64,000 nucleotides of DNA from assembly GCF_032191835.1 (NCBI RefSeq), contig NC_083237.1:7440001-7504000 (forward strand), written 5' to 3'. The DNA is from Heteronotia binoei (Eukaryota). Shown in pieces: positions 11,794 through 23,129 of the stretch. The notes beneath the pieces are model-generated. The model saw only the letters and a list, made by a program, of their open reading frames with translations, was not told the DNA's origin and did not search any database. The first letter of the stretch is position 1. Each line of letters opens with the position of its first letter. The translations under genes and the position numbers were made by a program.

Positions 11794-12092
11794 GCCTGTA
11801 CTACGTGGACAGCGAAGGGAACCGGATCTCAGGCACAGTTTTCTCAGTGGGGTCCGGTTCTGTCTATGCCTACGGGGTGATGGACCGGGGCTACTCTCCC
11901 AATCTCTCGGTCGAGGAAGCCTACGATCTGGCCCGTCGTGCCATTTACCAGGCTACGTACCGCGACGCCTACTCAGGGGGCACCGTCAACCTCTACCACG
12001 TCCGTCAGGATGGCTGGATCCGTGTCTCGAGCGACGACGTGGCCAAACTACACGAATCGTTCAACGACACAACCGCCGAGACAGTGGCTTAA
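11794..12092 (+). CDS. PSMB5: Proteasome subunit beta 5, coding exon 3
   Basis: tttcag|[14 protein letters not shown]...YRDAYSGG...ETVA* (TAA). Total CDS 837 nt = 278 aa. Confidence 0.97.
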
Positions 12093-12364
12093 GCTAGAGG
12101 ACTGTGGCGGGTGGGCTGAGGCTCAGAACTTGGCATTGTAGGGGCTGTTGGCAGCAGAGAATTTGCATATGTATAGAATAGGTGGGAGCGTGGTTTATCC
12201 ATTAAGCAAAATGGGGTAGGGGTCAGCCAACACGATGGAAGAAGATTTGGGTCCTCTTATTGGCGGGAGGGACAGGAACACGCCCCCAGGTTGGCCGTTG
12301 TGGGGTACGTTTGTCTCATGCTTGTGGCCGGTGTTCCCTGTAGCAAAATACTTTGCTTGTTCTG

Positions 12365-12370
12365 AATAAA
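12365..12370 (+). terminator. Probable PSMB5 polyadenylation signal
   Basis: AATAAA 273 nt after the stop codon, followed by T/GT-rich sequence. Confidence 0.65.
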
Positions 12371-15026
12371 ATTTTTACTCTCCCAAGTGCTGTTTTTTGT
12401 CCTCATTTAAAGACCCAGGATAGGCAGGGAAAGACCTTTGCAGCTTTTCCAGTCCCATTAGAAGTGTCCTGTTAAGTTTGGCTCTGTGCCTGCTGAGGGA
12501 TGACCCAGAGGGGGTAAAGCATGCCAGCTGTGCGAGTGTGAGTGTTTGGGCGCAGGAACGTGCAGAGAAACGTCTCTTGAAAGTTTCATTCCTAGGCCAA
12601 AAAACAGAAGGTTGTCTCTTCCCACAGGCATCAAAACGTATGTGGCTGCGATACAAAAAGAGGGAGGGAGGGAGGGCGGAAGTCAAACGGCTGTTAAGTG
12701 GACGGTTTCCTTCTTTTTCTGTCAGTTGCAACCAGTCCTTGCGGTGGTGCGGTAGACCATTCTCCCCCATCATCTAGCTCCAGACGCCTTTGATAATCCC
12801 AACCCCTCGTCTTTTGCAGGGTTTGCCTCCGAATCTGCGTTGCTCTTTGATGTTCGCCATTTGGTACAGGCTGGCATTAGCCTGTTCTGGCTGCCTCACA
12901 GAGCATACCCTTCCCAAATATCCTTACGCACCATTGCATTCTCTGGTTCCCACCCAATTGACGCGGAGGCTGTGTGCACAGCGTGCAGAACCTAATGCGA
13001 ACGGAAAAGGTTATTGTCAGCTGCAGGGCAGCGAGGATAGAGGGGAACGAGGCAGGCCAAGATGAAGGTGTGGTTGACTAGGAGAGAATTTTTTGTGAAA
13101 TGCTGTTGAGCTTTGCGGCCTCTTTCCCCACATGCTCACTTAGGAGAAAGAAAAGAACGAAACCGGATTGTGGTGGGCAGTGAGAGACTGGGATATAGGC
13201 AGGGGAGCTAATTTTCGTACCAGTGCAGCTGCAATAGAATGAATAAGGAGGCAGAAAAAGAAAATAAAAGGGGGTTGAAACGCAAAAGGGGTGACCAAAC
13301 GGAGGGTGTACAGGGACATAAAACAGGTAATGGAGTTTGTATTCGTAGGGACATACTAAAGATAGTACCGAAGGATAGGAGCATTAAAAGCGATTGAGAA
13401 AAGAGCATGAATGTATGAGTAAAGCATAGGAACAGGGCAGTGGTATGCAAGGGAAGGGAGAACAACCTGACCCTCCAGAAGAGGAAAAATTGGCAGTGCC
13501 CAGCCTGTCTAGGTGTCCCCTGTGGGGGCCCTGCTCAGGAATGCGTGTGCAGCTTTGGTGTGTGTCTATGCGTGTAGGAGATCCAGCCAATCAGGGCAGA
13601 AGGGGGGAGTACGGGGGTGTGGCGGCTGGCAGCAGGGTGCACATCCTCCCCCTCTTGCACACACACACGAATACAAAGAGCTGCACGCACGACCTTCCAG
13701 TATCCTTTTCCCGGGACGGATGGAATTGGGGGTGGGGGTGGATCTGGGGATGGCAAAGGGAGGGAGTGAAAGAAGAGGGATCCCAATTCTCTCTTGTTTG
13801 TGTTGGCCTTTCCAGGGAAATATACGACATCCAGAGAAAGGGTTGTACGTGACAGAAGGGGGGGGGGAGGGAAGCAGGAGAGCAGAGCGGGGATATGCGT
13901 GGCAAGAAGAGATGTACATAGAAGTACAGAGCGACTACGTAGGTTGATGTAAATGGATATGGTGAAAATAAGGCAGGCAAGAGTATATGTTGTAATGAAT
14001 GGGTAAGTGTACAACTGTATCAAAGGCAGATCGTATACATTGGTACCTGGATGAGTTGCACATTTCTGCATATTGTCATGTCTGCTTCTCAAACGGGTTT
14101 TAAAGAGAGGACAAGAATTTTTGACATTTTGTTGTGGCTAAAATGGAGCTTTCTAATCAGAATTCCATATTGAGAGTAGTAGTTATTCCTGGTTTCTTAA
14201 TCCTGGATAACAGTCTGCTCTTCTGTGTGTGCTCCTACAGTTATATAGGAGGGTTTATGGAGCGGAATTTATTTTTAAAAGATTGTTGAGAGAACGAGTA
14301 TCCCAGTTATACTCACAGTGGTGTGTGAACATGATCAGGCTTCCAGAGGAGTAATGTATGCATTTGCAAGGGAAATTGATACACCTCTTCTTATCTCCAT
14401 TTAATCTTGATTTTGTTGGAACAAGGGATGCTTAGAGAGTTGCAGATATTTATTCAATACCCCCTGAGGTGACAAATGTGTGTTAACATGCATTAATCAT
14501 CCTTTTCCCACACAAATGGAGAGAGACTGAAGAGTGTAGGGCACTGGGGGCAGAGTAGATTTCTTCCATCCCAGTTTTTTGTTCTGTATTACCTACCATT
14601 TAAGAGTGGGAAAAGCAGTTTACCAGATTTCAGTTCATCTGATGTGCAAGCTTGAGGCATAGAATTCCTGAGGCGGCTATGCACACGGACGTTCAGACTA
14701 TTAAACCGGAAAATGTGTACTATTTTGTGTCATAGGATTGGATCTAGACTTTAGAAAATGGGTTATTTAAGGCCTACAGATACGTAAAATGGCAAGAAAT
14801 TATCCTTAAATATGACAAAGAGCTTGTTGGTCTCAAAGATGCTACTGGACTCAGCTATAACTTCTTAAATATGAATGTGACTTGACCGTAAGGAAAATAG
14901 CTTGGCTTTTTAATGGTGCATTGAGAAGGGAAGGCTGAATACGTAGTTCTGAAGCTACAGATAATTCATGGGATCTTTCACAGAGGACAGTTATGGGGAA
15001 TATGTGCGTTGGGGAGGTACCAGTTG

Positions 15027-15240
15027 AACATATATATGAAGCTGCCTTATACTGAATCAGACCCTGGGTCCATCAAAGTCAGTATCGTCTACTCAGACTG
15101 GCAGCAGCTCTCCAGGGTCTCAAGCTGAGGTTTTTCATGCCTATTTGCCTGGACCCTTTTTAGTTGGAGATGCCGAGGATTGAACCTGGGACCTTCTGCT
15201 TCCCAAGCAGATGCTCTACCACTGAGCCACCGTCCCTCCT
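15027..15240 (-). mobile_element. Second tRNA-derived SINE family (Squam2-like)
   Basis: Head GGTGGCTCAGTGGTAGAGCATCTGCTT...GGTTCAATCC on the - strand. Copies at ~38555-38750(-), 39444-39652(+, inside CR1) and 57968-58170(-). Confidence 0.75.
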
Positions 15241-15779
15241 CTATGAGAGTTTGTGATGGAGTTATGAGGGTTTGGGATGGAGTGAAATGTTATCTGAAAA
15301 TATGGAATTAAATGTGAAGCTGAGAAGGACAGTCCTTGTTGGTGCTCTGTTGGCAGGAGACCTTGTGGCAGGACAGCCATTTTAAGTGTCGGGTTAAGCC
15401 CTTGGCATGACCTTGTCCATTTTTGTTAGTCGGTTAACCTGACTTCAGGGACAAAATAATCTTATTTCTTATCAAGATTGGTAGCCATGTTTGTCTGTAG
15501 CTCCAGAAAAGAGCCAGAGTCCAGTAGCACCTTAAAGAGTGACAACATTTTTGACAGGGCAGGAGCTTTTAAGAATCACTGCTCTCTTCCTTCAGATACC
15601 CTACCACAAATATTGTGTCTGGTGCTTGTGTTTTGCAGTAGTGGTCCTGGATATGGTGATCAGAACGCCACTTTGGGTTCTGTCGGCCCCTCGTCTATAA
15701 GGGACGTCTCTCTGGAGAAAACTGGGGCCACGGAAGGCAAAACTCCACCAAGTAGGGGTTGTACAGTCAGACAGCCATG

Positions 15780-16200
15780 AAAGGACGCCTGGCCTCGCAC
15801 ATCTCCCTAAAGAGCCCCTTCTCCTCTGCGTCCATTCCTTTCCCCGCCTCCTTCTCAACCCCTGGCCGCGGTGCAACAGCTTGCAACCAATCGGCGGCTT
15901 TTGGCTTCTTGGCGGCGGCCAATCGGCGCGGCGGAGAACGCGGACCGTTCTGTTTGTACACGGCTGCGGCGTGCGCTCCTCTTCCCTCCCGCGGTGTACA
16001 CGCGGGATAGAACGCGGGGGAGCGCAACGTTCTGAACCGTGGCGCTCCGGGACAAGAAGCACGTCTGAATTCTGCTCTTCTACTCGCTCTGGGCGCACGG
16101 GATTTTAAAAATGCGAATCAGTGATTTCCTGTTCAGGGGGGAGGGACTCGGACCGACGGACCTATAACTCGGAGAGAGTGCATTTTTTCCTCTGTCCAGC
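15780..16200 (+). promoter_or_regulatory. C14orf93 CpG-island promoter / non-coding exon 1 region
   Basis: High CpG density, with two CCAAT boxes at 15887 and 15919 (32 bp apart). The exon 1 donor was not identified. Confidence 0.65.
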
Positions 16201-16749
16201 GCCCTTTTGCTTTCACCAAGGCAGCGCTGTGAATGTGTGGGCATTGAGTGATGCAAGAAAAACTTTGCAGAGCTGCGCTCGCTGAGTTAAAGTCCCTGAA
16301 ACGTTCCTTTGCATGTTCAGATGTGCAAAAGACTCCGAAACTCACAGTTGCATGACTTATGCTTTTGAGAAGAGATGCGTTGTGACCTGACCGTGGTGCC
16401 CTTAGCTCTCTGTTGAAAAGGCACTCTAAATGCCTAAATGGTTTAGAATAGGGCAAGGGATGTGTTAAAAGTGTCCAGGAAGATCAAGGCAACTACCCAA
16501 AGCGGCCTGGAGTTTGTGACATTTAGTGTCAATTTAACAATGTGGAAGCAGGAAATAACTTTCAGCCTGGGGTCATAGAGGTGGTGAGCAATTGGTATTC
16601 AGAAGTGCCTAAATGTAGGCCTTTGGATTTTCACACCCTGTCCAAAGTTGCCTGCTCTCTAGTCACACTAACAAAAGCATTTTTAAAATTTTTCTTGACA
16701 TCCTGTTTCCCTCAGCTTAGGCCAGCGTCTGCTTTGCCCTAGCTATTCC

Positions 16750-17106
16750 ATGGGCCTGAACCCCAAAGACTACATTGGCAGCCTGTTCGGCCTTCTTCAA
16801 AAGCAGAAAATTCCCAGAATCCCTTGGAACACCCTGAGGGGTCATGTCCTTCAGTGCCACCATTTTGTTCTCCCCTCCCAATGCCAAAGAAGCCAAATGC
16901 TGTTGCTGCACTTGCAAGCAGGAGCCTGGCGCTCCACCGGCAGCCCCGGCGCCGCCTCCGTCCCCACCCTGCACTCCCATCACCGTCACGGGGACGGGGC
17001 TGGCTGTCCAGTCTTCGGAGCAACTCCTCCATGTCATCTACCAGCGAGTCGAAAAGGCCGTGGGCCTGGCCGAGATGTCGCTGAGTTTGGCCAAAGCCAA
17101 CAATGA
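16750..17106 (+). CDS. Candidate upstream-overlapping ORF (118 aa) in an alternative frame of C14orf93
   Basis: First AUG of the exon (acceptor ~16715), CCATGG context. 12 of the first 14 codons end in G/C. Translation is unproven. Confidence 0.4.
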   Translation: MGLNPKDYIGSLFGLLQKQKIPRIPWNTLRGHVLQCHHFVLPSQCQRSQMLLLHLQAGAWRSTGSPGAASVPTLHSHHRHGDGAGCPVFGATPPCHLPASRKGRGPGRDVAEFGQSQQ

Positions 17107-17356
17107 GGCCCTGCAGCGCCTAGAAGAGGAAATGGGGGTGCTGCGCCAGGCAACAGCCCCTCCCGTCAAAGCTAGCCCTTTGTGTGTTCCAGTGGAGCAG
17201 CGAGAAGAGAACGAGGAGGAGGAACGAGAGGCCGAAGGCTTCCAAAATGGCGTCCAGGTGGTCATAGAAGAGCTGAGGCAGCTGGGAGCAGCCGCGGGGC
17301 CACCTGGACGCTTGGGTTTCTCTCCCGTGCAGCTGGGAGCTGGGGGGCTTGGCGGG
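16844..17356 (+). CDS. C14orf93: C14orf93 (RTFC) coding exon 1
   Basis: MSFSATILFSPP...CCCCTCK...TPITVTGTGLAVQSSEQLLHVIYQRVEKAVGLAE...GVQVVIEELRQLG. Donor GGG|GTACGT. The 3' boundary is less certain. Confidence 0.9.
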
Positions 17357-19483
17357 GTACGTAGGTGGAGGATTATGGGCTTTTGGGGGGAAAATTTCTT
17401 CCAACCCCATACGCACAAAAAAACCCTGCACGCACATGATCCCCATGTCCCTCCGGTCAGGCACAGATGGCCTCATGAATATTTGATGGCCTCTCTTGCC
17501 TTCCCTGCCAAAGACCTGCTCAGGAGAGAGGCATTCTGGGAGTCACGCCAAGCTCCGCTTTGCTGTTGTGGCCTGGGGTTGAGGGACCCTGGCAGGAGCT
17601 GAAAAGTGTTGTGTGTGCATACGATCCCGAGGCTGGTATAGAAACGGGACTGGAGCTGTTAGTGGTGATTGAGGGGCATTGGCAAAACCATGGACTGGGG
17701 AAATGCAAGGTTAGCAGCAGAATGTTTTCACGCACGATGCTAAAAGGCACCTTTGGGCTTCCCATTTTATTTGTGTCAAGTGTGAATTTGGTCCCTGTAA
17801 TGGGAGGGGGGGAGCAATGTATGTTTGATATTACCAATGCAGACCCGTTGAATAAAACAAAGTCTTTCCTGAGGCAGTGTATGCAGGAAGGAAGCTATAG
17901 GGCAGAGGTCCCCAGCCATTTTGAACTTACACCGTTAGAAGTTCAGGCACAGTGGGAGGGGGGGGGGGGGTGCAACATCAAAATGGCTGCCACCGGAGGC
18001 ACAGCCAACTGCAAAATGTCAGAATGAGATTATGCATAATTCTGCTAGTAACTCTTCAACATTTGAGGCAGAAGCTCTGCTTTAACAGATGCCTTTTGTA
18101 AATGGCCGTATTATCTTATAATTCTGTCTTGCATACACTCGGCTTCCTGTCAATCATACAGTGAAGAACCCTGTGTTGTGGTGGCAGCCACTGACAAAGC
18201 AACGTTTATTTTAAGTCAGCACAGCCAATCAGAATACCCTCTGGGAGAGAGCTCCGACTTGCTCTGGCCACTTTTTAAAAACGCACGATGTTCTGGGATG
18301 GCACCTGGAAAGATGCCAGCAGGAGGCATGGTACCCAGGAATCCCATGTTGGACTAGATGGCCTGTATGGCGCCTTGCAATTCTGTCATTCTGTGATGCT
18401 GTGGACAGTGTTCTCTCTAAGCTGAGTTAGTGCGAGCTAGCTCACTGTTTTTTAGCCTCTGGCTTATACATTTTTGTCTTAGTTCAGGAAGGAGGGCCCC
18501 AGAACAAAGTAATTTATGCCAGGGTGTCAAACATGCGATCCGGGGACCAAATCAGGCCCCTGGAGGACTCTTATCAGGCCCCTGAGCAACTGGCTGTCAT
18601 CCTCTCCCTTCTCCCTCTGTCTTGCTTCCTTCTGCATAACAGCTTGCTTTGCAGGGCTTGCTCAATCACACAGGCGCTACAGAGCAAAACCTCTGTTTTC
18701 TCCATTGGCTGAGTCTCCTCCCTTGGGGAGGAAGGAGGGGGAGGCAGAGCTTGTTTTTCCAGGTTCTCTCAATCGCACAGTAGAGCTACTGAGCCAAGCC
18801 TCTCTTCCTTCTATTGGCTGAGGCTCCCCCCAGTCCCCTGGGGAAGGAAGGAAAGAGCCAGAGCTTCCTTTGCCCAGTTCCCTGGATACCACAGGAGAAA
18901 TACAAAGAAAGCACCTTTAAGATCAACAAGTGCTAATGTTTTAAGCATGTCTTAAGTTTAAAAAAAAACATATTTAATTGTGTTTGTCCGTGTCCTTTAT
19001 AAAGTTTATATCTCTGCTACTTAATCTAAAGAGGTACACACATGGCCCAGCCCAACATGGCTCAGCCCAACCCGACATTGCCCTGCCCAACAAGATCTCA
19101 TTTATGTCAGATCCGGCCCTCATAACAAATGAGTTCGACATCTCTGATTTATGCAGTAGCTCACAACTTTCATGCCAGTAGCTCACCAAGTGGAATTTTT
19201 CTGTATTGGAAAACACTTGGTGACTTTCCGGGGGCGGGCAGATCTGGGAGTGGGCGGGGTTTGGAGAGAGGCCTCAGCACGGTACAATGCCACAGAGTCC
19301 ACCCTTCAAAAAAGCCATTTACTCCAGGGGAGCTCAGCTGGAGATCAGTTGTAAAAGCGGGAGATCTCCAGGCCCCACCTGGAGTCTGGCAACCCTAAGT
19401 GGGGAATAACACCAGGGCTGGAAGGGTCTGTCATTTTGACTGAGGGCCACCACTGAGGGTTGCTGAAATCTTTCCATCCTCAG

Positions 19484-19741
19484 GTAGCAGAAGACTCCTC
19501 CACAGTAGATACCTCCCTGCAGCGGGTCTACGCTGCACCCTCTTCTCCAGTCTCTCAGACAACTCTACCGGCTCTGGACGATCCTTCTCTCTCTTGCCCT
19601 GAGGTGTCTCCCAACAGCACCACCCTGGAGGATGCTCTGCATGGGGAACCACGTTTCTCTCTGGGCTTTGCAAGTCTTCCTTGCAGAAGCCGAAGCATTG
19701 GGCAGAAGAACGCCAGGCGCAAGAGGGACTTGGTCCTTTCG
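19484..19741 (+). CDS. C14orf93: C14orf93 coding exon 2
   Basis: ctcag|VAEDSS...GQKNARRKRDLVLS|gtgag. The C-terminal part matches human KNSRRKRDLVLS. Confidence 0.88.
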
Positions 19742-19824
19742 GTGAGTTGACTTCTTTCACTGGCTGGCAGAAGAGATTCTTTTGTTCGAGGAACCGGGGC
19801 CTCTGCAAACCTTTTATTTCAAAT

Positions 19825-20288
19825 CAGGCCTTGAATTCAGCAGGAGCTCACAGGAGCACAGCTCCTGAACCTTTCTGAGTGTTCCCCTTCCTCCTCCCCA
19901 CCTACCTTGTCCATTGAATAGTAGGTGCAGCTGCATAACAATCCCTGGATTAGGAGAGTGGGCAGCCAGCTACCAGGAGCTTTGCCACACCCCAGCAGCC
20001 CTCATTAACCCCTGGAGAAGGCCATGCCATCTTTTCTCCACTTATGTGATTTTGGGTGGAAGGTGGCTTGCTGGCCTTTTGACTGTGGGGGGAGGTGAGC
20101 AAGAAGAGCCCCAGGTGAGCGAGGCCTGCTTGGGCTTGTTGGCTCTCTAGCCAGTCCAAGCAGACCTCGCTTGCCCGGGGCTCTCCTTTCTTGTGTCGGG
20201 TTGCTTGTGGCTGGTGGTGTTGGGCAGCATATGCTAATGAGTTACGCTAATGAGCTCCACCACCTATTTTTCTACTGAACGGCCCCTG
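19825..20288. mobile_element. hAT MITE in C14orf93 intron
   Basis: CAGGCC.../...GGCCCCTG ends with a perfect 8-bp TSD TTTCAAAT. Confidence 0.8.
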
Positions 20289-20400
20289 TTTCAAATTATT
20301 TCCAATTATTTTGCACAGGAGTATTGCTCCATGTTAATAGCTTTGGTCTGTTGAGTTGAAGCTGAGGCTCGGTTCCTGATCTTTCCGTTTCCTTTTCCAG

Positions 20401-20462
20401 AAACTGGTTCATAATGTCCACAATCACATTGCCAATGACAAGAGGTTTGACGGCTCAGAGAG
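20401..20462 (+). CDS. C14orf93: C14orf93 coding exon 3
   Basis: ttccag|KLVHNVHNHIANDKRFDGSE-AG|gtgag. 62 nt. Confidence 0.95.
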
Positions 20463-20710
20463 GTGAGTTTTGGCTGGGGGTTGTCTGTTTCCATAAGAAA
20501 TAATCTTATATAATCTGCCCCTTGCACCAAGGAACTGAGGGAGGCATATATGATCTTTTGCTTTCCACTTCAGTCTCACAACAACCCTGTGAAGTAGATT
20601 TGGGAAAGAAAGTGTGGGGCTGACCCCAGTTTACCCAGGGAACTGCATGCAGTGTGATTGCAATCTAGCCATTAAGCCACACGGACTCATAATAAGACTC
20701 TTATGCTCTT

Positions 20711-21128
20711 CGCAGTTGTGGAAGCAAGAAAAAATACCAGAGGAATGGGATTGGATTATAAAAGTTATGACATGGAGTGAAATGGACAAATTAACAAGAA
20801 TATTAAGAGACTATGATTTAGAAGTTTTTAAAACAGAGTGGAAAAAGTTTAGAAGATATGTAGAAAAAGAGTGGAAAATAAAAGGACATTGGACAATTTT
20901 TGATAATGATTTAAGTTTTAAAAAGAAGAATATAAATTTTTGTTTTAATAGTTAAGGGTACCTTTAAATATTTGCTTTTTAAGTAAATAACACTGGCGGG
21001 GGGTCAAGTAACGGGGGGAGGGGTGGGTAGAAAGTAATATATGGGGTAGATAAAAGAAGTTTTTAAAGATGTGAGATATAGATTTATTACCATATGTTAC
21101 CAATAAAATTGTTTTAACAACAACAAAA
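20711..21128 (+). mobile_element. 5'-truncated L1/Tx1-like LINE
   Basis: ORF2 end (WSEMDKLTRILRDYDLEVFKTEWKKF), AATAAA and an A-rich tail. 17-bp TSD AAGACTCTTATGCTCTT. Confidence 0.85.
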
Positions 21129-22569
21129 AAGACTCTTATGCTCTTAACTACTGTTAAGAAGGCAGAATTTCAATAGATGTAGCTTCTCCATTATGTAGGG
21201 CTTCAGCAGTAAAAGAAACTGCAGATCAAATTCCTTTCCTGTATTGATCTGGAAGCCCTGCTTTGTCCTATCACAAACCTAGTGTCCAGAATTTGAATAA
21301 TCTCTATTGTTACTCATTAATGTCTCAGATTCAAGTTCACCTTACACCACTTAGTTACCTCTTGGTGGAAAGTAGTATCGTCAGGTTGCAGCAGGTTTAT
21401 GGTGACTCTATGGTTTTCAAAGCAAGAGCCATTCAGAGGTGGTTTGCCATTGCCTACATTTGTGTAACGTCTCCTATCCAAGTACCATCTGCGCTACATC
21501 TAGAGAAGTATGGGTTGGACAGGCTAAGATTCTGAAATGGCCGTGGATAAAGGAGCATGGGTAGGAGAGCATATTATCAGGTTGTGACTTGTGACCCATC
21601 ACATGGAGCCAAGGGACCATGAAAACAGCAAGAGAGGAATCAGCGAAGAACTGAGGATGAAAAAACACCAGGGAAGCAGACAGAGGAGTGGAAAGAAGAA
21701 GGAAAAGAGATTGGATTTATATCACACCCTTCTCAGAGCAGTTTACAATCTCCTTTCCCTTCCCCTCCCTACAACAGATACCCCTGCAAGGTAGGTGGGG
21801 CTGTGAGTTCTGTGATCGAACTGCTCTTAAGAGAACAGCTCTGAGAAAACTTGTGATTGGCCCAAGGTCACACCAGCAGCTGCATGTGAAGGAGTGTGGA
21901 CTCAAACCCGGTTCTCCTAGGTTAGAGTCACTTAATCACAACTGGCTCTCAAAAATCCCCTGGTCAACCCTTAGACTTGTGAATGTGATAACTATACAAG
22001 CCATTGGGGTGTATGAGATGGAAGCAACTTCAGAAAATGAAACACGTGATCCCAGAGAAAACGATAACATACATCTGTAGAAAATTAGAAGAGCTTGCAA
22101 CACAAGATAGACAAAAGAAACCTAGATATAGATGGGATTATTGGTGGCTGTGGTTGATGGGGAGTGTGCTATCTATAACATAATGCTGAAAGGACAAATA
22201 CAGCAATGCAAGATTGTATACCTTGTTATGAATACTTGAAGAAAAACCTATATATTGTATTTTGATTTTATGGTGTTGATAATATGATTTGTGAAGAAAG
22301 AATTATATGTAAATGTATTTGCAGTTATGAGAATGGATATGGCTTATGTATATTATATAATTCAGGTAGGGTTGCCAGTGTGTTGGGAAATACCTGGAGA
22401 AATAAATGTTTCTGTGTTGGAAAATACCTGGAGATCTTGGGGGTGGATCCTTGAGTGGCCAGGGTTTTGGGAAGTGCCATAGAGTCCACCCTTCAAAGCA
22501 GCCCTTTTCTCCAGGGGAGCTGATCTCTGCCAGTTGGAGATGAGCTGTAAAAGCAGGAGATCTGCAGGC

Positions 22570-23129
22570 CCCACCTGGAGGCTGAAAACAATCCGAGAGA
22601 GGTCACTGTAATGGATAACACAACAAAAAATGCAAGCTAGTGACCATTTTACTAAGAAGTATATAGAAATCAATCCAAATATCCAAAACATGTATATTCC
22701 AGTCCCAAAGTAGCGTGGTGACAAGCCAATCGATTAAGTACTTGTTTCTTTCCAGTCTTCATCAGACCTGGGACCAATATTGATTCAATGATATAGATTT
22801 TTTACACAATTTTCAAAAAAGAGGGATGAAGAGCATCTCCAGCAGCAATTTCGCCTCCAGGAGCTGTAGCCAAGGTGAAATTGCTGCTGGAGACACTCTG
22901 TGTCCCTCTTTTTTGAAAATTGTGTAAAAAAATCTATATAATTGAATCAATATCGGTCCCAGGTCTGATGAAGACTGGAAAGAAACAAGTACTTAATCGA
23001 TTGGGTTGTCACCATGCTACTTCGGGACTTGAATATACACGTTTTGGACATTTGGACTGATTTCTATATACTTGTTAGTAAACTGGTCACTAGCTTGCTT
23101 TTTTTGTTGTGTTACCCACCTAGAGGCTG
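22570..23129. mobile_element. Penelope-like foldback insertion (~500-bp palindrome)
   Basis: Inverted arms span 22616-23114, with a 31-bp unpaired tail (22585-22615) and a 15-bp TSD CCCACCT(G/A)GAGGCTG (14/15). Hammerhead cores in both arms. Confidence 0.7.
22956..23028 (+). ncRNA. Candidate type I hammerhead ribozyme (mirror copy on - strand at 22702-22774)
   Basis: GUCCC-A-GGU CUGAUGA agacuggaaa GAAA-CAA...UUGUC|ACC...GGGAC. Stems I and III pair; stem II does not. Confidence 0.5.

Noticed and set aside
13935-14030. let-7-like words (GTAGGTTG, GTACAACT)
   Set aside because: No TGAGGTAG seed and no convincing hairpin.
13535-14092. 185-aa ORF and overlapping ORFs
   Set aside because: Low-complexity products of purine/pyrimidine skew, with no recognisable domain or splice structure.
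15601-16098. 165-aa antisense ORF over the C14orf93 promoter (similar ORFs at 55905-56581)
   Set aside because: Arg/Pro/Ala-rich ORFs are expected by chance in CpG islands.
17357-17602. Continuation of ORF 16844..17602 beyond the donor
   Set aside because: Similarity to C14orf93 stops, and the conserved protein resumes at 19484. This is intronic read-through. The 5' extensions of ORFs 7817, 49560, 52011 and 53754 are rejected for the same reason.
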